A DNA stretch of 64,000 nt from an uncultured Clostridia bacterium (lineage in GTDB: Bacteria; Bacillota; Clostridia; Christensenellales; UBA1242). Each line of letters opens with the position of its first letter. Position 1 is the stretch's first letter. The stretch covers positions 8,414-72,413 of the forward strand of contig CAKVGH010000006.1 in NCBI GenBank assembly GCA_934747255.1, given 5' to 3'. Made by a program: the position numbers and the translations under genes. The notes beneath the pieces were generated by a model. It saw only the letters and a list, made by a program, of their open reading frames with translations, was not told the DNA's origin and ran no database searches. Of this stretch, positions 37,022 through 47,049 are shown piece by piece.

Positions 37022-38329
37022 TTATAAAATGTATTTACTCAAATCGTATTTTTTTGTTTCCACATTCAAAATTTTATCAACATACGCTTTGTCGATAAGT
37101 ACTTTTGTTTCTGGATAATCTCCACTTGCATCAAATGATAGTTGTTGCAAAATTCTTTCCATAATTGTATGGAGTCTTCTTGCGCCTATATTTTCGCTTG
37201 TTTCGTTCTCTTGTTCTGCAATCATAGCCACTTCTTCAAGCGCATCATCGCTAAATTCAAGGTTAATGTTATCAACTTTCAATAAGTTTGTGTATTGCTT
37301 GATGAGTGCGTTTTTAGGCTCTTTTAAGATTCTAAAAAAGTCATCTTTTGTTAAGTTATCAAGTTCTACAACGATAGGAAATCTTCCTTGAAGTTCTGGA
37401 ATTAAATCTTCCATTTTTGCCACATGGAATGCTCCCGCAGCGATAAACAAAATATAGTCAGTTTTAATCATACCATACTTTGTTTGAATTGTTGTACCTT
37501 CAACAAAAGGCAAAATATCTCTTTGTACACCTTCTCTTGAAACATCTTGACCGCTAGATTTACCTTTTGCAGCAATTTTATCTATTTCATCAATGAAAAT
37601 AATGCCTTCATTTTCGGCACGCTTGATTGCTTCGGCGTTTACTCCATCGTTATCAATAAGTTTGTCGCTTTCTTCGTTAACAATAAGTTGCTTTGCTTCA
37701 TAGACAGAAATTTTACGGCGTTTTTTCTTTTGTGGAAAAATTCCGTCAAAAATACTGCCTAAATTTATATCAGTGCCGATACCTGCAACCATTTCAACAT
37801 TTTTTGGTGCTTCCAAAACATCAATTTCGATAATATCTTTGTCGTAATCGCCATTTTTAAGGTTTGTCATTATCTTTGCTTTTTCGGCTTCTACATCTTC
37901 ACAATTTTCTTGTTTTTTTGTCAAGTAAATTTCCTTAAAAATGCGGTTATAAGCCACTTCTTCGGCTTTTTTCAAGACTTCGTGACGTTTTTCTTCCTTA
38001 ACAAGTTGAACCGAAACTTCTACCAAATCTCTAATCATACTTTCGCAATCTCTACCAACATAGCCTACTTCTGTAAACTTTGTGGCTTCAACTTTAACAA
38101 AAGGCGCTTTTACAAGTTTGGCAAGTCTTCTTGCTATTTCGGTTTTACCAACACCTGTTGGGCCTTTCATTATAATATTTTTTGGAGTAATTTCTTCCAT
38201 AAGTTCTACGGGCAATTTGCTTCTTCTGTATCTATTACGAAGTGCAACTGCGACCGCTTTTTTTGCTTCTTCTTGTCCTATAATATACTTATCTAATTCT
38301 TCAACTATTTGTCTAGGTGTCAAGTCCAT
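37022..38329 (-). CDS. hslU: ATP-dependent protease ATPase subunit HslU
   Basis: 435 aa. [34 protein letters not shown] and the Walker [16 protein letters not shown]. Confidence 0.95.
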   Translation of the reverse strand: MDLTPRQIVEELDKYIIGQEEAKKAVAVALRNRYRRSKLPVELMEEITPKNIIMKGPTGVGKTEIARRLAKLVKAPFVKVEATKFTEVGYVGRDCESMIRDLVEVSVQLVKEEKRHEVLKKAEEVAYNRIFKEIYLTKKQENCEDVEAEKAKIMTNLKNGDYDKDIIEIDVLEAPKNVEMVAGIGTDINLGSIFDGIFPQKKKRRKISVYEAKQLIVNEESDKLIDNDGVNAEAIKRAENEGIIFIDEIDKIAAKGKSSGQDVSREGVQRDILPFVEGTTIQTKYGMIKTDYILFIAAGAFHVAKMEDLIPELQGRFPIVVELDNLTKDDFFRILKEPKNALIKQYTNLLKVDNINLEFSDDALEEVAMIAEQENETSENIGARRLHTIMERILQQLSFDASGDYPETKVLIDKAYVDKILNVETKKYDLSKYIL

Positions 38330-38330
38330 A

Positions 38331-38867
38331 TTAAACCTCCTCGATAGTTATATGATGATTTGTAAATATACAAATATCGCCAGCAATTTCGATTGATTTT
38401 TTTGCAATTTCCTTTGCACTTAAATTTGTATTTTCTTTTAATGCTTTTGCAGCAGCCAAAGCATAGTTTCCGCCACTACCAATAGCCACAACGCCATTGT
38501 CTGGCGAAATAACTTCGCCATTACCACTGATAACAAACAAGTTATCGTGGTCAGCAACTATCATAAGTGCTTCTAGTTTACGCATAATTTCGTCTGTTCT
38601 AAATTGCATAGCAAGTTCTACTGCACTACGAAGCAAATTTCCAGAAAATTTGTTTAGCATTTCTTCAAATCTGCTAGATAGCGAAAAAGCATCTGCTACG
38701 CCACCAGCAAAGCCAATAACTACTTTGTCATTATAAATTCGTCTTACCTTTACGGCATTATTTTTCATTACAACACTTTGTCCCATAGTAACTTGACCAT
38801 CGCCAGCAATTGCTGTGTTATCGCCAACTTTTACGGCAACTATTGTTGTTCCTTTGAATTGTTCCAT
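38331..38867 (-). CDS. hslV: ATP-dependent protease subunit HslV
   Basis: 178 aa with the TTIVAVK N-terminal nucleophile context. Confidence 0.95.
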   Translation of the reverse strand: MEQFKGTTIVAVKVGDNTAIAGDGQVTMGQSVVMKNNAVKVRRIYNDKVVIGFAGGVADAFSLSSRFEEMLNKFSGNLLRSAVELAMQFRTDEIMRKLEALMIVADHDNLFVISGNGEVISPDNGVVAIGSGGNYALAAAKALKENTNLSAKEIAKKSIEIAGDICIFTNHHITIEEV

Positions 38868-39000
38868 ATTTTCTCCTTTTTAGTCTAAAAAATTACCTAA
38901 TTATTATAACATAATTTTTATAAAAGTATATTAAAAATAATAGCATTTTTTGTTTTAATCGTTTTGTATAAACTCGTTTTAACATTTTTAATCAAATTTT

Positions 39001-40308
39001 TTACAAATTTTTTTCGTACTGTTCAACTTCTTGCAAAGCATTTTTTATGGCTAATTCTCTCTCATTTTTTGAGCCACAAGACATTATTCCCCAATTTGCA
39101 TTCATAGGTTGAAAATTATCTTCATTCGCACTTGAAATGTATGAAATAAGCGAGCCGATTGCTGTTTTATTTGACAAAATGACAGGCTCTTTACCTTGCA
39201 ATATTTGATATATATTTAGTGCTACATTTAAGCCACTCGCTGTGCTTTCGACATACCCTTCAACGCCCGATAATTGACCAGCAATAAACAAATTTTTGTG
39301 ATTTTTTAATTGATACAAGTTGTTTAGCACTCGTGGAGCATTTAAGTATGTATTTTTGTGCATAACTCCATATTTGACAAATTCAGCATTTTTTAGTGCT
39401 GGAATAAGCGAAAATACTCTTTTTTGCTCACCAAAAAGCAAGTTGGTTTGAAATCCCACCATATTATATAAATCATTAAAGTTACTCTCTTTTCGCAGTT
39501 GCAAAACAGCATAAGGCTTAAGGTTGTGTTCTTTATCAAAAAGTCCAACAGGTTTTAACATTCCGTAAAGCAAAGTTTTGTAGCCACGCTTTGCCATAAC
39601 TTCCACTGGCATACAACCTTCAAAAACTTTTTTGTTTTCAAAGTCGTGAAGTTCCACAGTTTTTGCACTAATTAAAGCATTGTAAAACTCGACATACTGT
39701 TCTTTTGTCATAGTGCAGTTGACATAATCTCCACTAGAACCATCGTCCATAGATTTGTCGTATCTATTACCTACAAAATAATAATTTTTATCAAGCGAGG
39801 AAAGTGAAACAATAGGAGCGGCAGCATCAAAAAAGTAAAGGCTTTCTTCCCCCACCAATTTTGCCAAATTTTGAGCAAGTTTTTCACTCGTCAAAGGTCC
39901 TGTAGCAACAACTGTTATTTCGTTTTCGTCAAGTTTTTCCACACACTCATTTATTACTTGAATATTTGGATTACTTTTGATAATTTCGGTAATTTTTTTA
40001 GAGAAAATCTCCCTATCAACCGATAAAGATGCACCTGCTGGCACTCTACTTTCATCTGCCACTCTAATAATTAAACTATCAAGCAAACGCATTTCTTGTT
40101 TAAGCAGTCCACAAGCATTTGTTAGTTCGTTACTCTTAAACGAGTTTGAGCAAACAATTTCGGCAAAATCTTGACTCGAATGTGCTGGCGAAAAATTTTT
40201 TGGCTTTTGTTCAAAAAGTCTAACTTTTACTCCACGCTTGGCTAGTTGATATGCACACTCACAGCCTGCCAATCCTGCCCCAATAATATTTACAATTTTA
40301 TTTTCCAT
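39001..40308 (-). CDS. trmFO: Methylenetetrahydrofolate-tRNA-(uracil54-C5)-methyltransferase TrmFO
   Basis: 435 aa. VNIIGAGLAGCECAYQLAKRG is the FAD motif. The position between topA and hslV matches Bacillus gid. Confidence 0.9.
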   Translation of the reverse strand: MENKIVNIIGAGLAGCECAYQLAKRGVKVRLFEQKPKNFSPAHSSQDFAEIVCSNSFKSNELTNACGLLKQEMRLLDSLIIRVADESRVPAGASLSVDREIFSKKITEIIKSNPNIQVINECVEKLDENEITVVATGPLTSEKLAQNLAKLVGEESLYFFDAAAPIVSLSSLDKNYYFVGNRYDKSMDDGSSGDYVNCTMTKEQYVEFYNALISAKTVELHDFENKKVFEGCMPVEVMAKRGYKTLLYGMLKPVGLFDKEHNLKPYAVLQLRKESNFNDLYNMVGFQTNLLFGEQKRVFSLIPALKNAEFVKYGVMHKNTYLNAPRVLNNLYQLKNHKNLFIAGQLSGVEGYVESTASGLNVALNIYQILQGKEPVILSNKTAIGSLISYISSANEDNFQPMNANWGIMSCGSKNERELAIKNALQEVEQYEKNL

Positions 40309-40334
40309 ATTTTTAGTTTATCAAATTTTATCAA

Positions 40335-40372
40335 AAACAAAAAATGTTATAGCCAAAACTATAACATTTTTT
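40335..40372 (-). terminator. Intrinsic terminator abutting the rnpB 3' end
   Basis: A 12-bp stem aaaatgttatag/ctataacatttt (40341-40370), followed by a minus-strand T-run. Confidence 0.7.
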
Positions 40373-40713
40373 ATGAGTTAGTCTATAAGCCGAGTTCTGT
40401 ATTAGACGGTCATCTATCTAGACAATATGTTTCCATAATGTTCAAGCGGTGTATATGGCTTGGCGAACAACCGATTAACGCCATTTATACCTTGCATCAG
40501 GTGGGGTTTGCAATGCCCTGCTTGTCACCAAGCAAGCGGTGGTCTCTTACACACGCCTTTTCAACCTTGCCATTGATTAAATCAATTCGGCGGTATGCTT
40601 TCTGTTGTACTTTCCTTAAAGTCACCTTCACTAGCAGTTAACTAGCACCCTGTTCTGTGATGCTCGGACTTTCCTCGTGAGATAAATCTCCCGCGACCAT
40701 CTGGCTAACTCAT
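40373..40713 (-). ncRNA. rnpB: RNase P RNA (bacterial type B-like)
   Basis: The minus strand reads ATGAGTTAGCCAG...GAGGAAAGTCCGAGCATCACAGAACAGGGTGC...GTAAGAGACCACC...ACAGAACTCGGCTTATAGACTAACTCAT. It has both universally conserved P4 strands (GAGGAAAGTCC and ACAGAAnnCGGCTTA). The 5' end ATGAGTTAG pairs with the 3' end CTAACTCAT to form P1. Confidence 0.9.
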
Positions 40714-40784
40714 ACAATATTTTACACTTTTTTTTTCAAAAGTCAATACTTTTTTATAACCAATTTTTGTTATAAAAGCTCTTT

Positions 40785-41204
40785 TTAATGAATAAATGCG
40801 CCCCAAATATTACGGTAAAGTTCTGGATATATTGCAATCATAATTCCCATAATAATACCAACAAAAACTGATATACAAACACAAATCAATGCTCCAAGAC
40901 CTGCCATTTTTGATGATTTTGGTTTATCTTCTCTCCAAACGCAAAATAGTATTAGTCCCACAATAGGAACAAAAAATCCCAAAAATGCCCAACCAACCGA
41001 GCCACTATCAACCATAGGTTGTGGTTGAATATAACCATTGTAACCTTGTTGCATTGATTGATTTGCCATTTGATTTGGTGACATTTGATTAAAATTTTGT
41101 TGCAATTTACCATTTTGAATATTTCCAGTATTTAATTGACTACCGCAACTAGCACAAAAACTTGCGTTTTCGTCTACTTGTTTTCCACAATGACTACAAA
41201 ACAT
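40785..41204 (-). CDS. Zinc-ribbon membrane protein with a Q/N-rich linker
   Basis: 139 aa. It begins with the zinc ribbon MFCSHCGKQVDENASFCASCGSQL. A Q/N-rich spacer follows, then two TM helices. Confidence 0.6.
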   Translation of the reverse strand: MFCSHCGKQVDENASFCASCGSQLNTGNIQNGKLQQNFNQMSPNQMANQSMQQGYNGYIQPQPMVDSGSVGWAFLGFFVPIVGLILFCVWREDKPKSSKMAGLGALICVCISVFVGIIMGIMIAIYPELYRNIWGAFIH

Positions 41205-41331
41205 ATTTATCTCCTTTTATTGTTTTGATTATATAATCAAAATTATTAACCTGTCAAGTTATAGGATACTTTTTAGTAAAATTGTTTTTGATTAAAAATA
41301 GCAAAAATATTAAGTTTAATTACTAATTCAC

Positions 41332-42033
41332 CTATTCAAATATGTTTTTGTTTTTTAGAATATTTCTTATAGTTTTTATTGCTTTATTTTCCAATCTTGA
41401 AATATATGACCTACTTATTCCTAGCATTTTTGCAACTTCTCTTTGGGTGTAAGCAGGGGTATTACCTAGTCCAAATCTCAAATATATAATTTGATATTCT
41501 CGTTCGGGCAAATTATCTTTTATTATTTTTAGCATATCACGAGAAAGTAAGGAGTTTTCCACATCACGAGATAAGTTATCTTCTTCGTTTGCAATAATGT
41601 CTTGCAAAGTTATTTCGTTACCATCTTTATCAACCCCCAAAGTTTCTTCAAGGGAGTATACTTGATTGTGTTTTTTGGTCATTCTAAGTAGCATTAAAAT
41701 TTCGTTTTCAATGCACCTTGCAGCATAAGTTGATAATTGAGTATTTTTGCCGAGTTCATAAGTGTTAATGGCTTTGATTAAGCCAATCGTTCCAACACTA
41801 ATCAAATCATCGGCTTCGCCAGCCGTTGAGTACTTTTTAACGATATGAGCAACCAGCCTTAAATTGTGTTGAATGAGTCTATCTTTTGCCTTCATATCAC
41901 CATTTTTGAATTTTTTTATACACTCAATTTCTTCTTCTTGTGTGAGTGGTTTTGGAAACCCCGTTGCATTGTTTACAAAACCAGTAAAGCACATAATTCG
42001 GCTTAAAAAATTAACAAAACTTTCTAAAATCAT
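41332..42033 (-). CDS. sigK: Sporulation sigma factor SigK (pro-sigma-K), uninterrupted
   Basis: 233 aa. A hydrophobic pro-sequence is followed by NNATGFPKPLTQEEE. HNLRLVAHIVKKY and TYAARCIENEILM match SigK rather than SigE. Region 4.2 reads GISRSYISRLENKA. No skin-like insertion is present. Confidence 0.8.
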   Translation of the reverse strand: MILESFVNFLSRIMCFTGFVNNATGFPKPLTQEEEIECIKKFKNGDMKAKDRLIQHNLRLVAHIVKKYSTAGEADDLISVGTIGLIKAINTYELGKNTQLSTYAARCIENEILMLLRMTKKHNQVYSLEETLGVDKDGNEITLQDIIANEEDNLSRDVENSLLSRDMLKIIKDNLPEREYQIIYLRFGLGNTPAYTQREVAKMLGISRSYISRLENKAIKTIRNILKNKNIFE

Positions 42034-42155
42034 ATATTTCTCCCAATCTGTCGTTAAAAAAATATATGACTGAAAATGTCGAATATTGCTTGTACAAAAA
42101 TAAAAATAACTTTTTAAGTATTGAAATTAGCAAGCAATTTTTTTTGTTTTGGGTA

Positions 42156-42184
42156 TTGACACTTGCAAGTATCAATGATAAAAT
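42156..42184 (+). promoter_or_regulatory. Consensus-like sigma-A promoter of the GNAT-like gene pair
   Basis: TTGACA (42156-42161), a 17-nt spacer, then TAAAAT (42179-42184). It lies inside the 5' part of the track ORF 42066..42893, which argues for the downstream start. Confidence 0.6.
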
Positions 42185-42212
42185 ATTTTTAACTAAAAAA
42201 TTTAAGGTAAGA

Positions 42213-42893
42213 ATGATGACAGATAAACAAATTTTGAAAAGAAATTATTACTACTTGAATGAATATGCAAAAAAACAAAAAAGCGCGGACATTTTTTTGA
42301 AAGACATATTCTTTTTAGTTGATAAAAATAATAATATTTGTTGCATAAAACAAGATAATGTAAGCAATAATAACGGCATTGAAGATATTTTGTTTGAATT
42401 ATTAAAAGTTGAAATAAAAAACAACAAGTTTACTTTAAGCACAATGGCTATTTGCGACACCACAATTTTAAGATACAAAAAAAATCCAACCGCAAAATTA
42501 AATTTGATTTGCGTATCAGATATAACAAATGTTTCGGCATATAGAAAAGGCTATTGCTCTATTTTGCTTCACACATTTGAAAACTACCTTAAACAAGAAA
42601 AAATAGAATCTTATACTGGGCTTTTCCATCCAATTTCTTCAAGCAAAAACCCATGTGCAACAGAAAGCGCATTCTACTTTTATCGAAAAAACAACTGCAA
42701 ACTAATTAACGAAAAAACAAAAAAAGACATAAAAAAAATATCTTCTCTAACTGTAGTTGATCCAATTTGGGTTTTTAAGGCAAACAAAGATTTTAGAAAA
42801 CTTAAAACAGAACAAATTGGAGATATTTTAGTTCTTTCGGGTTACGAAAAAACAAACGGATTAAAATTCTTAAACAATTTTTGGGTGAAATAA
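42213..42893 (+). CDS. GNAT-fold-like protein, divergent (paralog 1, degenerate motif A)
   Basis: I prefer the start MMTDKQ (226 aa), which lies downstream of the promoter. AYRKGYCSILLHTFENYLKQEKIESYTGLF ... ESAFYFYRKNNCKL resembles GNAT motifs A and B. It shares a C-terminal K-DFR-L-T motif with the next gene. Confidence 0.45.
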   Translation: MMTDKQILKRNYYYLNEYAKKQKSADIFLKDIFFLVDKNNNICCIKQDNVSNNNGIEDILFELLKVEIKNNKFTLSTMAICDTTILRYKKNPTAKLNLICVSDITNVSAYRKGYCSILLHTFENYLKQEKIESYTGLFHPISSSKNPCATESAFYFYRKNNCKLINEKTKKDIKKISSLTVVDPIWVFKANKDFRKLKTEQIGDILVLSGYEKTNGLKFLNNFWVK

Positions 42894-42894
42894 A

Positions 42895-43560
42895 ATGACA
42901 TTAAAAGAACTATTAAAACATAAAAATAAAAAAATATTATTTGATTACATTAAAAAGAGTACAAGTGAAAATAATGGCAAAGAATGTCAAATAAAAATTG
43001 GCTTTAATAAAAATAATGAAATCGTACTTGCAAACTCAGTTAAACTTTACACTAAGGAAACAAATTTTTTTGAACATATAATCACTCTTTGCAAATTGGA
43101 AATTGTGAAAGGTCAAATATATTTAGAAGATGTTGGTTATTGCAGTTTTTTTGAAGTAAACTCTGGCGATAGCAGTCACTTGTACCTAAACTTAATTAAG
43201 GTCAACAGTGAAAAATATTTGGGGCTTGGCTATGGCAGTTTGATGATGCGAAATATCGAAGAATATGCTCGCAATTCGGGTGTTAAACAGATTTATGGAA
43301 CTTTTTTGCCTTTACCACCTGGAAACAGAATGAAATCTCGCAGATTTTACATAAATAATGGTTATGAATTTAGACAAATATGTGATGAACCTAATTATAC
43401 AATGGCATTAAGCGGTTTTAATGAGAATTATTCTTATACAGAAATTTACAAGTACAAGGAAGATTTTAGACATTTAAGAACTATCGAATATGATGGATTT
43501 GATTTTATTGAAAACATTTTTAACAAAAAAACTTTTATTGAACAGATAAATGAAGATTAA
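42895..43560 (+). CDS. GNAT-fold-like protein, divergent (paralog 2)
   Basis: 221 aa, starting 1 nt after the upstream stop. YLGLGYGSLMMRNIEEYARNSGVKQIYGTF ... SRRFYINNGYEF fits GNAT motifs A and B. The overall layout is the same as paralog 1. Confidence 0.5.
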   Translation: MTLKELLKHKNKKILFDYIKKSTSENNGKECQIKIGFNKNNEIVLANSVKLYTKETNFFEHIITLCKLEIVKGQIYLEDVGYCSFFEVNSGDSSHLYLNLIKVNSEKYLGLGYGSLMMRNIEEYARNSGVKQIYGTFLPLPPGNRMKSRRFYINNGYEFRQICDEPNYTMALSGFNENYSYTEIYKYKEDFRHLRTIEYDGFDFIENIFNKKTFIEQINED

Positions 43561-43561
43561 C

Positions 43562-43592
43562 AAAAAAGAGTTGAAAATTCAACTCTTTTTTC
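43562..43592 (+). terminator. Intrinsic terminator after the GNAT-like pair
   Basis: Hairpin gagttgaa..ttcaactc (43568-43585), followed by T6. Confidence 0.7.
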
Positions 43593-43732
43593 TTTTTACA
43601 TTGCATTTTAATAAGACAAAGTATCATAGTAATTGCTCATATATAGTAAACTTTTTTATAAAAAACCTAATAACTCAAATTTACAGATAAAAATAAAATA
43701 TCTTATTAAAACTATTTGAACATTTTGAAAAA

Positions 43733-45853
43733 CTATTCATCAAAATCGTCTTGCTTTGGTGGATTTGACACAACCTTTTCAAAATAGTCACAATCTGGAT
43801 TTGAACATCGCTTAAAGTTGTCATTCTTGCCTTTTTTTAGAACGACATAGCAATCACATTTTGGACATTTTTCTGCAAGCGGTAAATCCCAAGACATAAA
43901 TTTACATTCTTTATAATCTTCGCAAGAATAATATTTAGTACCTTTTTTGCTTGTTTTTTCAAGCAAGTTTTTTCCACATTTTGGACAAACACCAACAATA
44001 GCAGAAGGAGATGTTAAACTTTGAATATTTTTACACTTTGGGTAATTTGGACAAGCCAAAAATTTACCAAATCTGCCTTCTTTATAAACCATCATTGCCC
44101 CACATTTTGAGCATTTTACATCACTTACTTCATACACTTTTTGTTCTAGTGGTAATCTATCAAGATTGGCATTTTTGAGTTCTGGAAGGAGTTGCAAGTA
44201 AAAGTCATGGATAACTTGTTGCCACTCTTTTTCGCCTTCCGCAATCTTATCAAGAGTACTTTCCATATTAGATGTAAAGTTTACATTCATAATATCGGCA
44301 AAGTATTTTTGCAATATATCGTTTACCTTAAAGCCAAGTTCTGTTGGTTTTAGGGCTTTGCCTTCCTTTTCAACATACTTTCGAGTGCTCAAAATGGTAA
44401 TCGTTGGAGTGTAAGTTGCTGGTCTACCAATACCATTTTCTTCCATAGCCTTTACTAGACTTGCTTCGGTGTATCGTGGCGCTGGCTTTGTAAATTTTTG
44501 TTCTGGCAATAAGTTTAATAAATTAAGCGTATCGCCTTCGTTTAATGGTGGCAGTTTTATATCTTTATCATCATCTCCTGATGGCTCTTTGTAACTTTGA
44601 TATAAGGCTGTAAAACCACTAAATTTTACAGATTTTCCTGTAACCTTGAATAAGTAATCACCGCTAGTAATATCACAAACTACTTGATTGTATTCGGCGT
44701 CACTCATTTGGCTTGCTAAAAATCTGTTGTAAATAAGTTTGTATAATCTATAAAGTTCGCCACTAACATAAGGCTTAATACTTTCTGGTGTACGACTTAA
44801 ATGAGTTGGTCTAATTGCTTCATGGGCATCTTGTGCATTGTCTTTTGTTTTGTAAATATTTGGTTTTGTTGGCACAAATTCTGCACCAAATTTTTTTGTA
44901 ATATATTGTCTAGCTGTAACTTGTGCTTCTGGCGAAACTCTAACCGAGTCGGTACGAATATAGGTAACTAACGCAATTTTTCCTTCATCGCCAAGTGTAA
45001 CACCTTCGTATAGTTCTTGCGCACATTTTGTGGTAGTTTTCAAACTCATATTTAATTTATTAAGAGCATCTTGTTGCATAGTACTTGTTGTGAATGGTGC
45101 TGGTGCGTGCGATTTTGCTACCTGTTTTTTTACTGTTTTTACAACAAATGGATTAAGTTTAAGGGCTTCAACAACCTTGTTCTTTTCTTCTTCGTTTTTA
45201 ACCTTAATCTTTTTGGATTTATATGAATGAAGTAGTGCCTTAAACACTGGTTTTTCGCCTTGTTTTTCGAGTTCAGCATTGATTGTCCAGTATTCTTCTG
45301 GCTTAAAGTTTAAGATTTCTCTTTCCCTATCTACAACTAATTTTAGAGCAACACTTTGCACCCTACCTGCACTCAAATTTTGCGATAATTTTTTGCATAG
45401 TATTGGAGATATTTTGTAACCTACAAGTCTATCCAAAACTCGTCTTGCCTGTTGAGCATTTACAAGGTCTAAATTTATAGTTCTTGGCTTTTTTAGTCCC
45501 TGCAAAATAACATCTTTTGTGATTGAGTTAAATTCTACTCTGCATACTGCATCATTTGGATAGCCTAAAATGTATGCTAGATGCCAAGAAATTGCTTCGC
45601 CTTCTCTATCAGGGTCGGTTGCAAGCAGAACTTTATCTGCTTTTTTTGCTTTTTCTTTTAGTCTTTTAACAATCGCTTCCTTGTCTGGCATAATCATATA
45701 TTCAGGAGCAAAATTATTTTTTTGGTCAAGCCCCATAGATTTTTCTGGCAAATCTCTAACATGACCTTTTGTTGCAAAAACTTCCCAGTCACTGCCGAGA
45801 ATTTTTTTAATTGTTGCTTCCTTACCACTACTTTCTATTACTAATAAATTCAT
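43733..45853 (-). CDS. topA: DNA topoisomerase I
   Basis: 706 aa with a Toprim N-terminus (MNLLVIESSGKEATIKKILG...ATDPDREGEAISWH), the catalytic Tyr region, and C-terminal Cys4 zinc ribbons. Confidence 0.95.
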   Translation of the reverse strand: MNLLVIESSGKEATIKKILGSDWEVFATKGHVRDLPEKSMGLDQKNNFAPEYMIMPDKEAIVKRLKEKAKKADKVLLATDPDREGEAISWHLAYILGYPNDAVCRVEFNSITKDVILQGLKKPRTINLDLVNAQQARRVLDRLVGYKISPILCKKLSQNLSAGRVQSVALKLVVDREREILNFKPEEYWTINAELEKQGEKPVFKALLHSYKSKKIKVKNEEEKNKVVEALKLNPFVVKTVKKQVAKSHAPAPFTTSTMQQDALNKLNMSLKTTTKCAQELYEGVTLGDEGKIALVTYIRTDSVRVSPEAQVTARQYITKKFGAEFVPTKPNIYKTKDNAQDAHEAIRPTHLSRTPESIKPYVSGELYRLYKLIYNRFLASQMSDAEYNQVVCDITSGDYLFKVTGKSVKFSGFTALYQSYKEPSGDDDKDIKLPPLNEGDTLNLLNLLPEQKFTKPAPRYTEASLVKAMEENGIGRPATYTPTITILSTRKYVEKEGKALKPTELGFKVNDILQKYFADIMNVNFTSNMESTLDKIAEGEKEWQQVIHDFYLQLLPELKNANLDRLPLEQKVYEVSDVKCSKCGAMMVYKEGRFGKFLACPNYPKCKNIQSLTSPSAIVGVCPKCGKNLLEKTSKKGTKYYSCEDYKECKFMSWDLPLAEKCPKCDCYVVLKKGKNDNFKRCSNPDCDYFEKVVSNPPKQDDFDE

Positions 45854-45940
45854 ATAAATTCCTTAAACTCTTCTACTATTTTTCTCTTTTAATTTTATCA
45901 ATATAACATATTTTGCAATTATTTTTATACAAGTTCAAAA

Positions 45941-47041
45941 CTAATCGTTGAGTATTCTTGAATAAAAATTACCTGCTGATTTTTTTATTATTCCACTTAA
46001 CTCCAAAGTTGTCAACAATCTAACCAAAGTTTTTGTGTCGAATTTTGTAAGTGCTTCTATTTCGTCAAACGACAATTCATCATTGCCGATTGCATCAATG
46101 AGCACTTGTTCATCAATAGATAATTGTACAGCTTTTTGCACTTTTTGAGAATTATTATCAATTCTTAAAACCTTGTAAATATCTTCCGCACAAGTGATTA
46201 GTCCTGCTTGGCAATTTTTTAACACTTGGTTGCAACCTTGACTGCCAAAACTATCAATATTACCTGGAACAGCAAAAATTTCTTTGCCATATTCTAGTCC
46301 ATAATTAACTGTGTATAACGCACCGCTTTTTATTCCCGCTTCGGTTAAAACTACGGCTTTTGATAACAATGCAATTATTCTATTTCGCACTGGAAAATTG
46401 TGTGCAAGCGGTGGCATTGATGGTTTGTATTCGGTTATCACAAGTCCTTTTTCGCAAATTTTTTGGTAGAGTTCGTAATTTGATTTTGGAAAAATGTTAT
46501 TAAATCCACTGCCTAAAACCGCAATAGTTTTTCCACCTTTACTCAACGCCATTTTGTGTGCTATCGTGTCCACTCCTGTTGCCATACCACTAATTATGGT
46601 AATTCCATTATCAACAAGCGAAGAACAAATTTTTTCGGTCGCAAACACGCCATATTTTGTAATTTTTCTAGTGCCGACTATCGCCATTGAATAGCTGTCC
46701 ATTAAAGAAATATCGCCTTTACAGTAAAGTGCAATAGGATAATGAGAGTAATTGCAAAACTCGGTTGGATAATGCTTGGACAAGTATGTCAAAACAATTA
46801 TTCCATCTTTATCTAAATTTAATATTTCGCTGTCAATAATTTTTTCGTCAAGCAAACTTGCCATTTGGTTAAACTGTTCTTTTGTTAAAATTCTCGAAAA
46901 CATTTCGTAGTCGCTTAAAAAACTGCCAAACATATCTTTTGGCTCATCATAACAACTCAATATTGCGTGTTTTTTGTCAATCGTCAAAAAATCAAATAGA
47001 TTGAGCCAAATCACGACTTTTTCATTCAAATTATATTGCAT
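45941..47041 (-). CDS. dprA: DNA processing protein DprA/Smf
   Basis: Rossmann-like DprA core (AIVGTRKITKYG...GMATGVDTIAHK...GSGFNNIFP) plus a C-terminal winged helix. I chose the start at MQYNLNEK because it has an AGGA RBS. The track start at 47059 would overlap comM. Confidence 0.85.
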   Translation of the reverse strand: MQYNLNEKVVIWLNLFDFLTIDKKHAILSCYDEPKDMFGSFLSDYEMFSRILTKEQFNQMASLLDEKIIDSEILNLDKDGIIVLTYLSKHYPTEFCNYSHYPIALYCKGDISLMDSYSMAIVGTRKITKYGVFATEKICSSLVDNGITIISGMATGVDTIAHKMALSKGGKTIAVLGSGFNNIFPKSNYELYQKICEKGLVITEYKPSMPPLAHNFPVRNRIIALLSKAVVLTEAGIKSGALYTVNYGLEYGKEIFAVPGNIDSFGSQGCNQVLKNCQAGLITCAEDIYKVLRIDNNSQKVQKAVQLSIDEQVLIDAIGNDELSFDEIEALTKFDTKTLVRLLTTLELSGIIKKSAGNFYSRILND

Positions 47042-47049
47042 ATTTTTTC

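Noticed and set aside
40246-40641. A 131-aa plus-strand ORF overlapping the trmFO start and rnpB.
   Set aside because: It runs antisense through RNase P RNA. Its apparent coding potential comes from the higher G+C of the structured RNA.
42066-42212. The N-terminal 49 codons of track ORF 42066-42893.
   Set aside because: This stretch contains the consensus TTGACA-17-TAAAAT promoter (42156-42184). The ATG at 42213 downstream of that promoter is the more plausible start.
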